Assembly: GCF_014859525.1 (NCBI RefSeq)
Contig: NZ_JACUUB010000003.1
Location: forward strand, 39,790-103,789
Direction: 5' to 3'
From: Marinobacter sp.
GTDB taxonomy: Bacteria > Pseudomonadota > Gammaproteobacteria > Pseudomonadales > Oleiphilaceae
Length of the DNA stretch: 64,000 bases
The stretch's first letter is position 1; each line of letters opens with the position of its first letter. This document shows, in pieces, positions 12,222 through 22,264 of this stretch. A model generated the notes under the pieces. The model saw nothing but the letters and a program-made list of their open reading frames with translations, did not search any database and was not told where the DNA came from. Position numbers and translations under genes: made by a program.

Positions 12222-13961
12222 TTATGGGCTGTTTCTTATGTCAACGTAGAGTACCAGACTTTGACCGGGTTGCAGATAACGGTTGGTATTAAGATCGTTC
12301 CATGATGCGATATCCCGCACATTCACCGAAAACCGGCTGGCAATGGCAGACAGGGAGTCGCCCTGGCGTACACGGTATCCGACTCTGCGAACCATGGCGT
12401 CGTTGCGTTGATTGCTCGCCACCCTGGTGGGTTGCGCCGTTTTTGACCAGATCACCAATTGTTTGCCCGGAATCAGTGGGTCTCCCGGGGCCATGCCATT
12501 CCAGGCCGCCACTTCACGAACGGACACCCGGTGCTCCCGGGCGATGTCCCAGAAAGTATCGCCCCGGCGAACGGTGTAGTCCACTTTGTTGCCGTCCCGT
12601 TGTCGTTCCTGAGTGCGTTGCAGCCGTTGTGACTGACTGAGTGCGTAGGTAGCGGAGCCTTTGGTGGCAGATGGAATCAGCAATTGCTGCCCAATCCGGA
12701 TCAGGTCGGTGTCGAGTTTATTGACTTGCTGGATCACCGCCGGGGTTGTAGAGAACTTCCGGGCGATGGTGTTGAGGCTATCGCCGCTTTGCACTCGGTA
12801 GTCTTGCCACGACACCCGTTGCTCAGCCGGGAATTGTGCCAGCGCCGAACGGAACCCTTCGGCTTTCTCGATTGGTACGAGCAAACGGTGAGGCCCGTCC
12901 GGGTTGGTGGCCCAGCGGTTGTAGGAGGGGTTGAGCAGGTAGATTTCGTTAATTTCGATGTCGGCCAGTTCAGCTGCCTGAGCGAGATCAAGCTGTGAGC
13001 CGGTGTCGACAACGTCAAAAAACGGTTCGTCCTTCAGGGCTGGAAGCTCAATGCCATACGCTTTGGGATCGTCAAAAATCTTGGCCAGGGCGATCAGCTT
13101 TGGTACGTAATGGCGAGTTTCCGTTGGCAGGCCCAACGACCAGTAATCCGTCGGCTTGCCGGCATTACGGTTCCGGCGCATGGCGCTGGATACCGTGCCA
13201 CCGCCCGCGTTGTAGGCAGCCAGAGCAAGGGTGTAATCGCCGTCAAAACGGTTGGCCAAGCGGTCAAGGTAGGTGAGTGCTGCATCGGTGGCTGCGATGA
13301 CGTCTCGGCGGTCGTCGTGCCACCAGCTTTGGGTAAGCCCAAAGTACTTTCCGGTCGACGGAATAAACTGCCACAGACCGGCAGCGCGGCCGTGGGAGTA
13401 AGCGAACGGGTCAAACGCGCTTTCGACAATAGGCAGCAGGGCAAGCTCGTTGGGCAGGCCGCGTTTTTCGGTTTCTTCTAATATATGGTGAAGATAGCGG
13501 GAACCTCTCTCTACTACCCGGTCAATGTAACGGGGGTTACGGGTATACCAGTCAAGCTGAGCCTGAACTCGGGAGTTGCTGATCGAGTGGTCCATTTGAA
13601 AACCAGCCCGCAATCGAACCCACAGATCTTCTCCGGTCTCCGCAAGATCCTGATCCGCCCGTGGTTTATCAAGTTTCTCTCGGGCTTCGCGGGCTTGCTC
13701 CCTCAGCTCAGGGGCAATGGCGTGGTCCAGAGGTGCATCACCGGATCGTTTGCCATTTCCCGCTGCGATCGATTTTTTCAGATCTTCATCGCCTCGGGCG
13801 ACCACGAGTTCATCGGAATCCAATGGGTTATGAGCGTTACTGGCATCGTCATCACTGAACCACGCCGACGGCGTATGCCAGTTTTCCATCACCTGACTGG
13901 TGCTGCAGCCTGCAAGCAGAGTGCTGGCAACCAGCACATAAGAAAATCGTTTGACCGACAT
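12222..13961 (-). CDS. mltD: Membrane-bound lytic murein transglycosylase D with LysM repeats
   Basis: Lipobox LLAGC; LPIVES, AGLWQFIP, LAAYNAG; three LysM repeats (GDSL/GDTF). Confidence 0.95.
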   Translation of the reverse strand: MSVKRFSYVLVASTLLAGCSTSQVMENWHTPSAWFSDDDASNAHNPLDSDELVVARGDEDLKKSIAAGNGKRSGDAPLDHAIAPELREQAREAREKLDKPRADQDLAETGEDLWVRLRAGFQMDHSISNSRVQAQLDWYTRNPRYIDRVVERGSRYLHHILEETEKRGLPNELALLPIVESAFDPFAYSHGRAAGLWQFIPSTGKYFGLTQSWWHDDRRDVIAATDAALTYLDRLANRFDGDYTLALAAYNAGGGTVSSAMRRNRNAGKPTDYWSLGLPTETRHYVPKLIALAKIFDDPKAYGIELPALKDEPFFDVVDTGSQLDLAQAAELADIEINEIYLLNPSYNRWATNPDGPHRLLVPIEKAEGFRSALAQFPAEQRVSWQDYRVQSGDSLNTIARKFSTTPAVIQQVNKLDTDLIRIGQQLLIPSATKGSATYALSQSQRLQRTQERQRDGNKVDYTVRRGDTFWDIAREHRVSVREVAAWNGMAPGDPLIPGKQLVIWSKTAQPTRVASNQRNDAMVRRVGYRVRQGDSLSAIASRFSVNVRDIASWNDLNTNRYLQPGQSLVLYVDIRNSP

Positions 13962-14124
13962 AAAGGCAATTTCCGGGTTAGGGCCGAGTCTGTCTTGAAT
14001 CCCGGCACATTTAACAGTTTACGGTCGTTATAGAAACCGGATTCTATGGGTGCCCTTTTCCATGGGTCAATACAGCTGATGTTACGGCTGTGACAAGAAA
14101 TGTTAAAAACACCCTTATGCCGAC

Positions 14125-14919
14125 TCAGAAGTGGTCTTTGCCATGGCGGATCGCTGCAAAGATGGCAGTGTCGGAATCGTGAGGTAAGCCTGCGCTGACG
14201 GCGTAGCGACTGGCCGCGTCGATCACCGCTGGATCATCCCACTTCATAAAGGGATTCAGTGCCTTTTCAACCCCAATGGTTGACGGCACCGTGGCTTCAC
14301 CGCGGTTGCGCCGAGCCATGCAGTTTTGTTCAAAGTCAGACAGGTCCGTGTTGTCTGGTAACCAGCTGCGCGCAAATCGTATATTGGCGAGAGTGTACTC
14401 ATGGGCACAGTAGACGGCGGTCTGATCAGGCAGACTGCGAAGCGATGCCAGCGACTGCCGCATTTGTTCCGGTTTGCCTTCAAACAGCCGGCCACAGCCG
14501 CAGACAAACAAGGTGTCACCGCAAAACAGAATCGGACGATCGTTCACTGGTGTATCGCAGAAATAGGCGAGATGATCCAGGGTATGGCCGGGCACGCCGA
14601 TAACCTGAAAGGTCAAATCTCGCCAGATAACTTCATCGCCAGGGTTAATCTGATTCGTTGTGCCTTTAAAGGGTGAGTCTGCCGGACCGGTCACCCGGGC
14701 ATTCGGAAAGGTTTTGATCAGAGCGGCAACCCCCCCGGTGTGATCGGGGTGGTGGTGAGTAATCAGAATGGTGTCGAGGGTTAACTGATTTTGCTCCAGG
14801 TACTCCTGAACGGGCTGGGCCTGGCCGGGGTCAACGATCAGCGCTGCACCGGAGGCCTGGTCGGACAGGCACCAGATGTAGTTGTCAGAGAAAGCGGGAA
14901 TAGCGCTGATATTGAACAT
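14125..14919 (-). CDS. gloB: Hydroxyacylglutathione hydrolase (glyoxalase II)
   Basis: [36 protein letters not shown]. Confidence 0.96.
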   Translation of the reverse strand: MFNISAIPAFSDNYIWCLSDQASGAALIVDPGQAQPVQEYLEQNQLTLDTILITHHHPDHTGGVAALIKTFPNARVTGPADSPFKGTTNQINPGDEVIWRDLTFQVIGVPGHTLDHLAYFCDTPVNDRPILFCGDTLFVCGCGRLFEGKPEQMRQSLASLRSLPDQTAVYCAHEYTLANIRFARSWLPDNTDLSDFEQNCMARRNRGEATVPSTIGVEKALNPFMKWDDPAVIDAASRYAVSAGLPHDSDTAIFAAIRHGKDHF

Positions 14920-15045
14920 GATGACCCCATGTGCTCAATGAATGTGCCTGTTATGATAGAGCAACGCCGTGTTTATCCCAAGGTTCGTCCGGAGCCAGGG
15001 GTCTACGCCGGTTCAGGGAACACGCAACCGATGGAGAATGACAGG

Positions 15046-15834
15046 GTGAAAGCCTCAGGAACTGTAAAGTATTCAGAGCGACACGAAAGCTTTGAACGTT
15101 GGTTCCAGACTCCGTTGGGCCGATCATTGTTAGCCAGTCAGCGACGGGTTCTGGATCACTCATTTGAGGGGTTGGCGGGTGCTCGCCAGTTACAGGTAGG
15201 ATTGAGTCATCGGCTGCCGTTGGCAAGCAGTGCCGATTTTATGCAAAAAATCATCACCTCGCCGGTGTGGCAGCCGCACATGCCGGATGGTGTCGCTGTG
15301 TGCGATGCCGATGAGCTGCCGTTCCCCGGTGAGTCCATGGATCTGGTCATTCTGCACCATGCTGCAGATTTCTCCCCAGACCCGCACCAGGTGTTGCGGG
15401 AGTCTGCCAGAGTACTCAGGGGTGAGGGCCGAATCGCTCTTGTTGGTTTTAATCCCCTGAGCTTGTGGGGTATTCGCCGACTGGTGTCGAGGCAAAGGCA
15501 AGGGCCTTGGGGTGGTCGGTTCCTGATGAGATCCCGCATGGAAGACTGGCTTAGGCTTCTGGGTTTCCAGCTGGAGAGTTCGTGCACTCACTTCTGTACG
15601 TTGCCGGTTCAGAGAAAAGAAGGCTACACCACCAGAAACCATCGGTTGCTGAATCAAAACGGTCACTTCCTGCCCGTTGGCGCTTATTACTGTATCCTTG
15701 CGCGCAAACGCATTTATGCACCGATTCGAACGAGAGCCTCCTGGCGCAAGACTAAAGTCATGTCCTTGCCCGGTGCTGTAGGCGCGTCCAGAGGTTGCAC
15801 GAGCCGTTTACCCGAAACTATAGATGAGCTTTGA
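15046..15834 (+). CDS. Class I SAM-dependent methyltransferase (YafS-like)
   Basis: WFQTPLG, LPFPGESMDLVILHH, LRESARVLRGEG, GFNPLSLWG; conserved position between gloB and rnhA; start uncertain (GTG 15046 with GGAG upstream, or ATG 15031). Confidence 0.82.
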   Translation: MKASGTVKYSERHESFERWFQTPLGRSLLASQRRVLDHSFEGLAGARQLQVGLSHRLPLASSADFMQKIITSPVWQPHMPDGVAVCDADELPFPGESMDLVILHHAADFSPDPHQVLRESARVLRGEGRIALVGFNPLSLWGIRRLVSRQRQGPWGGRFLMRSRMEDWLRLLGFQLESSCTHFCTLPVQRKEGYTTRNHRLLNQNGHFLPVGAYYCILARKRIYAPIRTRASWRKTKVMSLPGAVGASRGCTSRLPETIDEL

Positions 15835-15851
15835 CTAAAACAGGATAGCGG

Positions 15852-16295
15852 ATGGCTGACAAGGTAGTGATGTACACCGATGGCGCCTGCAAAGGCAACC
15901 CGGGCCGGGGTGGATGGGGCGTGGTGTTGAGGTATGGTGGTGCCTGCAAGACACTGCATGGCGGTGAACAGCACACCACCAATAATCGCATGGAGCTGAT
16001 GGCGGCAATCCGTGGCTTGAGAGCTCTGACTCGACCGTGCCAGATAGAGCTATACACGGATTCCCAGTATGTCCGCAAAGGCATCACCGAATGGCTGGCG
16101 GGCTGGAAGCGAAATGGCTGGAAAAATTCGGCTAAAAAACCGGTCAAAAATGCGGACTTGTGGCAAGAGCTGGATACCGAAACCGCTCGCCACAAGGTGA
16201 ACTGGCACTGGGTAAAAGGCCATTCCGGTAACCCGGACAACGAACTCGCAGATGAACTGGCAAACCAGGGTGTCGCGGAACTCTCCGGCAGCTGA
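15852..16295 (+). CDS. rnhA: Ribonuclease HI
   Basis: [43 protein letters not shown]. Confidence 0.98.
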   Translation: MADKVVMYTDGACKGNPGRGGWGVVLRYGGACKTLHGGEQHTTNNRMELMAAIRGLRALTRPCQIELYTDSQYVRKGITEWLAGWKRNGWKNSAKKPVKNADLWQELDTETARHKVNWHWVKGHSGNPDNELADELANQGVAELSGS

Positions 16296-16342
16296 TTGCG
16301 ATCACTGTTTTGACACCCGCCTGAAATTGAGAGCATGCGGCA

Positions 16343-17044
16343 ATGAGACAAATTGTACTGGACACGGAAACCACGGGCATCGATCCGAAAGAGGGTCACC
16401 GAATCATTGAAATCGGCTGTGTAGAAGTGATTGAGCGGGAGCTCACGGGTCGCAATTACCATGTTTACATTAATCCTGAACGCGAGGTTGAAGCCGAGGC
16501 CATTACGGTTCACGGGATTACCAATGAGTTCCTGACAGACAAGCCCAAGTTTGCACAGGTTGCCGACGAGTTCTTTGCATTCATTAAAGGCGCAGAGCTG
16601 GTTATCCATAATGCGGCCTTCGACGTGGGCTTTATGGATTCTGAGTTCGCTCGCTTGAAGCCGGAGCGAAAAACCGCAGAACACTGCGGTATAGTCGATA
16701 CGCTGGCCATAGCGCGAGCCAAGCATCCGGGCCAGAAGAATAATCTGGATGCCCTGTGCAAACGCTATGGCGTTGATAACAGTAACCGTGATTTGCACGG
16801 CGCGTTACTGGATGCCGAGATACTGGCCGATGTCTACTTGCTGATGACCGGTGGCCAAACGGCGTTGTCGCTGGACGCCAGTGCGGGCGACGATGGTCGT
16901 TCGGGCGGAATCCGGCGGATAGACTCTCAACGATCTGCCTTGACGGTTGTTCGGGCAAGCGAATCGGAAGCCAAAGCTCATGAGGAATTTCTGGCGTTAA
17001 TGGAGAAGCGGGCAGGATCAACGCTGTGGGGCAAATTGCAGTAA
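16343..17044 (+). CDS. dnaQ: DNA polymerase III epsilon subunit
   Basis: LDTETTG, HNAAFD, NNLDALC, HGALLDAE. Confidence 0.98.
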   Translation: MRQIVLDTETTGIDPKEGHRIIEIGCVEVIERELTGRNYHVYINPEREVEAEAITVHGITNEFLTDKPKFAQVADEFFAFIKGAELVIHNAAFDVGFMDSEFARLKPERKTAEHCGIVDTLAIARAKHPGQKNNLDALCKRYGVDNSNRDLHGALLDAEILADVYLLMTGGQTALSLDASAGDDGRSGGIRRIDSQRSALTVVRASESEAKAHEEFLALMEKRAGSTLWGKLQ

Positions 17045-17264
17045 CCGGAATGAGAACCACGTCAGGATGTACTATTTGTTACAGTCGGGCTTTCTTGAGG
17101 TACTTGAGTTTTGTGTTATAAGTAAAGGTAAGTTCGCCAGTTTTACGTGAACAAAAAGTCGGCCGGCAACGGAGCTTGGTCCTTGCCAAGCGAGCTGGCC
17201 GACGAACTCATGGTCACCTTCAACACAGGATGCGGTAGTCTCCGCAAAGTAACAGGAAGCGTTT

Positions 17265-18971
17265 ATGGTGCAGTCGTCTCTTGCGACGAAATCGCAGTCG
17301 TTTGATCTGGTCAAAAGTGAAATCGAACAGACCATCAAGCAGGCAGAGTCCAGCCTTGAGCGCTTTCAGGAAAACCGTGAGAGTGGGGAAGACCTGCAAA
17401 ACTGTGTCGATTACATCAACCAGTTGAGAGGTATCTTCACTCTGGTTGAACTTCGCGGCGGCACCCTGCTGTGCCAGGAAGCGGTGAGCCTGGCTAACGA
17501 TGTCCCGGTTGGTGCCAACGATGACAAAAACATCCTGCTGACCACGTTGAACAGTGCCCTCTTTATATTGCGACGCTATGTCGAGTACTACCATCAGCAA
17601 AGAGAAGATCATCCGGAGTTGTTGTTACCGGTGATCAACGATTTACGGGAAGCTCGCCGTGAAAAACCTTATCCTGAATCCTGCTTCTTTGAAGTCGATG
17701 TTAAAGAGCGCCCGGACTTCTGCTGTGATCTGCGCCTGCAGCCACTTGAGGGCGGTGACGCGGAATATGACATTCTTGCCCGGCGCATGCGCCTGACCTT
17801 CCAGGTTGCCCTGTTGGGTATACTCCGTGAGCGCAATGACGTTGTCAGCAAAAAACTCGTGGCAAGATCTGCCCGTGGTTTCGCCCGGCTCTGTCAGGGT
17901 GCTCCAATGGGCCAGATGTGGTGTTTGCTGGCGATTGTTGCGGATGCCATGCTGGATCGGACCATGGGCTTCAACAAAGCTCGTAAACGTTTATTGATGC
18001 GCATCGAGAAGTATGCCCGTGAACTCGTCTACGTCGGCAAGGTTGCGACCACCAAGGATGCACCTGATTCGTTGATCAAAGATCTGGTGCACCTTCTGTT
18101 CGCCAGTGGCTCCGGTAATCCGGAAGTGTCAAAAGTGTTGGCTGCGTATCGCCTGGCACCGTCAGAGTTTCCGGACGCACTGCTGGATGCCCATGCCAGG
18201 CGCCTTTATGGCCCGGGTACCGATGTATTGAAGTCGCTGGCGGAAGCGTTGCAGGAAGAGCTCAATCAACTTAAAGACAAGCTCGACATTATCGAGCGGG
18301 GGATTGAGCCTGACCTGGCTGAATTGGCCTCTATTGCTGACACGCTGGAACGGTTGGCGAATACGCTGGTGATGCTTGACCTGAACCGATTGGCTGGAAT
18401 AGCCCGGGAAGAAGCCGCAAGGCTGCGGCAGTGGGAAGAAGAAAAACGCCTGCCCGCCGAAGAAGAGTTGTATCGCCTGGCCGATTCCGTGCTGGGTGTT
18501 GAAGACGCCGTTATGCAGATTGTCACTCGCGGTATCACCTCAGAAACCGACGCGCTGGCGGGTAGCGATCGAAATCGTAGCGAATCGGTCTATCTTCAGG
18601 AAGCAGTTTGGGTGGTTGCCGAAGAAGCAAGAAGTGCCTTAACCCTGGCTAAACGCGCTATCACCGCGTTTATCGAATCAGATTTCGACAAGCTTCACCT
18701 CGCAAACCTGCCGGGCACTCTCAGAAGTATCTGGGGCGGGCTGCAGATGGTAAACGACCCTCAGGCGGCCAGTGTTATTGCGCGTGTTGCAACGTCCATC
18801 CAAGACAAGCTGCTGGACGCCAACGAGGCACCAGAATCGCAAGTCCTTGAGGCGTTGGCGGACGCCCTGACATCGCTGGAATATTACATTGAAAGCATCG
18901 GTCGACGTGAAGATCGCAATAGCGATCTGTTGAATCTGGCTGAATCATCCCTGAGTGATGTAGGCCTTTAA
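17265..18971 (+). CDS. fimL: FimL-like protein (ChpA N-terminal-like, no kinase domain)
   Basis: 568-aa helical protein; SFDLVKSEIEQTI..AE, QLRGIF.LVEL.G; resembles the ChpA N-terminus; position after dnaQ matches Pseudomonas gene order as I recall it. Confidence 0.65.
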   Translation: MVQSSLATKSQSFDLVKSEIEQTIKQAESSLERFQENRESGEDLQNCVDYINQLRGIFTLVELRGGTLLCQEAVSLANDVPVGANDDKNILLTTLNSALFILRRYVEYYHQQREDHPELLLPVINDLREARREKPYPESCFFEVDVKERPDFCCDLRLQPLEGGDAEYDILARRMRLTFQVALLGILRERNDVVSKKLVARSARGFARLCQGAPMGQMWCLLAIVADAMLDRTMGFNKARKRLLMRIEKYARELVYVGKVATTKDAPDSLIKDLVHLLFASGSGNPEVSKVLAAYRLAPSEFPDALLDAHARRLYGPGTDVLKSLAEALQEELNQLKDKLDIIERGIEPDLAELASIADTLERLANTLVMLDLNRLAGIAREEAARLRQWEEEKRLPAEEELYRLADSVLGVEDAVMQIVTRGITSETDALAGSDRNRSESVYLQEAVWVVAEEARSALTLAKRAITAFIESDFDKLHLANLPGTLRSIWGGLQMVNDPQAASVIARVATSIQDKLLDANEAPESQVLEALADALTSLEYYIESIGRREDRNSDLLNLAESSLSDVGL

Positions 18972-18991
18972 GATCTGACGCGTTTCAACGT

Positions 18992-19028
18992 CATAAAAAA
19001 ACCTGCGGCATGCGCAGGTTTTTTTATG
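18992..19028. terminator. Bidirectional intrinsic terminator
   Basis: CATAAAAAAACCTGCG-gcatg-CGCAGGTTTTTTTATG perfect 16-bp inverted repeat. Confidence 0.9.
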
Positions 19029-19040
19029 TTCAGCAGGGGG

Positions 19041-19355
19041 TTAGCCCATCTTGAACAGTTCGCCCAGCTTGGTAGCCAGCATCATGTCGCCTTCAGCGCG
19101 CAGCTGACCAGCCATGAAAGCCTGCATGCCGTCGGTTTCACCTGATACGATGCCCTGCAGGGTTTCAGAGTTCATGATCAGGGTAACAGAAGGATCGTCG
19201 TTGGCACCTTCGTGCAGTTTGCAAGCGCCATCCTTGATCACGAGGTGGTAGGTTGAGTCATCCTCGATGTCGAACTGGAACACCAGATCCAGGCCTTGAG
19301 CCGCATCTGCGTTAAAATTCTGTTCGAGCTTTTCAAATACCTGAGCTACTGACAT
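19041..19355 (-). CDS. SCP2 sterol/lipid-binding domain protein
   Basis: FQFDI, G...DPSVTL, GETDGMQAFMAGQLRAEGDMMLATKL. Confidence 0.92.
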   Translation of the reverse strand: MSVAQVFEKLEQNFNADAAQGLDLVFQFDIEDDSTYHLVIKDGACKLHEGANDDPSVTLIMNSETLQGIVSGETDGMQAFMAGQLRAEGDMMLATKLGELFKMG

Positions 19356-19492
19356 TAGTTTACCCTTTATGATGGTTGTCTTGTCATGGTGACGGCTTCA
19401 GAACCCTGGCTTCAGCAGCCTGTGTAAAAGCCCGGGAAGCGCCAACCTCGCAATTCGACTTTATGGTCAGAACCTTGCCCTGTCAAGCTTGA

Positions 19493-19508
19493 TCGAACGC
19501 TTGTTTTA
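19493..19508. promoter_or_regulatory. Candidate PsrA operator
   Basis: TCGAAC-GCTT-GTTTTA, two mismatches to TCAAAC-N4-GTTTGA, between divergent SCP2 and sohB. Confidence 0.45.
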
Positions 19509-19583
19509 ATTTCTTTTTGACTTATCACACCCCTTGCAAGGGGTTACACTCTTGTCTTTGCAAAGACGTCTGGAGACTGCATT

Positions 19584-20645
19584 TTGGAATTTCTTATTGA
19601 ATACGGACTTTTCCTCGCCAAAGTGGTGACCTTCGTGGTGGCTGCCATCGTCCTGGCCTCGGTGATTTTCTCCGCAACCCAACGTGAGCGGGAAGATCAC
19701 GAAGGTGAAGGGGAGCTGAAAATCCGAAAACTTAACGACCAATACCGAAAACTCAAAGAGTCTATCCAATCCAAACTCATGTCGGACGCTGAGCATAAGG
19801 CCTGGTTAAAGCAAAAGAAGAAAGAAGCGAAGGCTGAGAAGAAGACGGCCAAAAGTGAAAAACACGGTGAAAGTGACCAGGAACCAAAATCCCGCATCTA
19901 CGTCATCGATTTTGACGGCGACATTAAAGCGAGTGATACCGACACCCTGCGCCGATCAGTGTCGGCTGTACTCAGCGTGGCCAATCCGGCCAAAGATGAA
20001 ATTGTTGTTCGGCTTGAAAGCGGTGGCGGGCTGGTGCACGCCTATGGCCTGGCGTCTGCTCAGTTAGACCGCATTCGCAGCAAGGGTATTCCACTGACCG
20101 CTTGTGTTGATAAAGTGGCTGCCAGCGGCGGTTACATGATGGCCTGCGTTGCCGACAAGATCATTGCGTCACCCTTCGCGGTTCTGGGCTCCATCGGTGT
20201 GGTGGCTCAACTCCCCAACTTCCATCGGTTTCTTCAAAAGAACAGCGTCGATTTTGAAGTACTCACCGCCGGCGAACACAAGCGTACACTGACGGTGTTT
20301 GGTGAGAACACCGACAAAGGCCGCCAGAAATTCCTCGAAGACCTTGAGGACACGCATGGTCTGTTCAAGGAGTACGTCAGCGAACGGCGTCCGGGCCTTG
20401 ATATTCAGGCTGTTGCCAACGGAGATATCTGGTTTGGCAAGCGGGCATTGGATGTCAATCTGATTGATGAGATCAAAACCTCCGACGAATATCTGATTGA
20501 AGCCTGCGAGCGCGGTGAGGTAGTGTCAGTGTCGTTCCAGCGCAAACGTACCTTGCCCGAGAAGCTTGGCCTGGCGACCAGCGCAGCGTTTGAGCACACG
20601 TTATGGAAGCTGCTGAGTGCGTTCCGTAACCAAAAAATCCAGTAG
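19584..20645 (+). CDS. sohB: Protease SohB (S49 family)
   Basis: TTG start after GGAGA; N-terminal TM; RLESGGG.VH.YGLA, DKVAASGGYMMAC, TAGEHKRT. Confidence 0.94.
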   Translation: MEFLIEYGLFLAKVVTFVVAAIVLASVIFSATQREREDHEGEGELKIRKLNDQYRKLKESIQSKLMSDAEHKAWLKQKKKEAKAEKKTAKSEKHGESDQEPKSRIYVIDFDGDIKASDTDTLRRSVSAVLSVANPAKDEIVVRLESGGGLVHAYGLASAQLDRIRSKGIPLTACVDKVAASGGYMMACVADKIIASPFAVLGSIGVVAQLPNFHRFLQKNSVDFEVLTAGEHKRTLTVFGENTDKGRQKFLEDLEDTHGLFKEYVSERRPGLDIQAVANGDIWFGKRALDVNLIDEIKTSDEYLIEACERGEVVSVSFQRKRTLPEKLGLATSAAFEHTLWKLLSAFRNQKIQ

Positions 20646-20666
20646 CCGACAGAAACGGGAATAATC

Positions 20667-21668
20667 ATGACAACTAACACCGAATTTAAAGCCTGGCGTG
20701 TCGAAGACCATAACGGTGACTACCACGGTTCGGAGCAGACCCTTAGCACTGCAGATTTGCCCGAGGGCGACGTTCTGATCAGAGTCGGTTATTCGTCACT
20801 GAACTATAAAGACGCCCTGTCGGCCTCCGGCAACAAAGGGGTTACCCGCTCTTTTCCCCACACCCCAGGCATTGACGCCGCCGGTGAAGTGGTCGAATCT
20901 ACCCCGGGAAGCCCGGCTCCAGGCAGTCAGGTTATTGTCACCGGGTACGATTTGGGTATGAATACCGCGGGCGGCTTTGGTGAATACATCCGGGTACCGG
21001 CGGCCTGGTGCGTGCCCATGCCCCACGGCTGGGACAGCCGAACCGCCATGATCTATGGCACCGCCGGCCTCACCGCCGGCCTGTGTGTGCAGAAACTGCT
21101 CACCATGGGAGCAACACCGGAGCAGGGCAAGGTCGCCGTCACCGGCGCCAGCGGCGCTGTTGGTAGCGTTGCCGTTGAAATTCTGGCTAACCTGGGTTTC
21201 GACGTTGTCGCTGTCAGCGGAAAGGCCGACCACACAGAGTCGCTGAAAGCCCTCGGGGCCAAAGAAGTCGTGGGCCGTGACGCCCTGGCGGAAGACAAAA
21301 AGCCCATGCTCAAGCCGACCTTTGCCAACGCCATCGACACCGTCGGCGGCGCCCCCCTGGCCGAACTCCTGAAACAGATCCAGCCCGGCGGCTCCGTGTC
21401 CATCTGTGGTCTGGTTGCGGGTGTACCCCTGAACACCACGGTACTGCCGTTCATCCTTCGAGGCATTAACTTACTGGGTGTCGACTCGGTGGAAATCCCG
21501 CTGGCGGACAAAGAGGCCGTCTGGGAAAAGCTGTCCGGCGAGTGGAAGTGCCCGACCACGGAAGCGTCGGCAAAAGATATCAGCCGCAGCGAACTGGACA
21601 GTGCCCTTAAGGCATTTCTGAAGGGGAAGTCGTCAGGAAAAATCGTACTGGATCACGCGAAGAGCTGA
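20667..21668 (+). CDS. yhdH: YhdH/YhfP quinone oxidoreductase / acryloyl-CoA reductase
   Basis: YSSLNYKDAL, GTAGLTA, VTGASGAVGS, PFILRGINLLGVDSV. Confidence 0.9.
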   Translation: MTTNTEFKAWRVEDHNGDYHGSEQTLSTADLPEGDVLIRVGYSSLNYKDALSASGNKGVTRSFPHTPGIDAAGEVVESTPGSPAPGSQVIVTGYDLGMNTAGGFGEYIRVPAAWCVPMPHGWDSRTAMIYGTAGLTAGLCVQKLLTMGATPEQGKVAVTGASGAVGSVAVEILANLGFDVVAVSGKADHTESLKALGAKEVVGRDALAEDKKPMLKPTFANAIDTVGGAPLAELLKQIQPGGSVSICGLVAGVPLNTTVLPFILRGINLLGVDSVEIPLADKEAVWEKLSGEWKCPTTEASAKDISRSELDSALKAFLKGKSSGKIVLDHAKS

Positions 21669-21702
21669 TACTTCAGGAGCATCAACAATCCAATAAAGAA
21701 GT

Positions 21703-21751
21703 CCTCACCCTTCGTACACCAGGCAGTGAAGCCTGGCGAACACGGGTGAGG
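21703..21751 (-). terminator. Long imperfect hairpin, probable terminator of cysI-DUF934
   Basis: CCTCACCC/GGGTGAGG outer stem and CCAGGC/GCCTGG inner stem, followed on the minus strand by ACTTCTTT. Confidence 0.5.
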
Positions 21752-21757
21752 CTCAGA

Positions 21758-22264
21758 TCAAGAAGCCCGACGACGAAATAAAGGCTGGTCCGTATCCGTC
21801 GCCGCCTGATAGCCCTGACTGAAGAAGTTCAGACACTGGGCCGCTTTGGAACTATCCTTGTCAGCTCGAAGCACATAAGAATCAAACCCGCAGCGCTTCA
21901 TAAACTGCAGTTGATCCAACAGCACATCACCCACCGCACGTAGCTCACCGGTATAGCCAAACCGCTCTCGCAACAGCCGGGCAATACTGTAACCCCGACC
22001 ATCCACAAAGCGTGGAAAGTTCACGGCAATCAACGGTAACTGGTCCACCTTGCCGGCCAGCAACTCAGGCTCATTGTGGCTATCAAACCAAACCCCGATA
22101 TCCTCTCGACCCGCAAAGTGCTCATAGCCTGCCAGCCACAAGTCTGCTGGAATCAACGCCGGCTGGTCTGCCGGAATATCCAGAGAATCCCCCTCAGCCG
22201 GGCGCGCAACCAGTACCCAACTATCATTACGAACAGTGCCGTTAGCGGCAATAACATCAGGCAT
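21758..22264 (-). CDS. DUF934 family protein (partner of single-chain sulfite reductase)
   Basis: FPRFVDGRGYSIARLLRERFGYTGELRAVGDVLLDQL.FMKRCGFD; start ATG 22264 overlaps the cysI stop. Confidence 0.92.
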   Translation of the reverse strand: MPDVIAANGTVRNDSWVLVARPAEGDSLDIPADQPALIPADLWLAGYEHFAGREDIGVWFDSHNEPELLAGKVDQLPLIAVNFPRFVDGRGYSIARLLRERFGYTGELRAVGDVLLDQLQFMKRCGFDSYVLRADKDSSKAAQCLNFFSQGYQAATDTDQPLFRRRAS

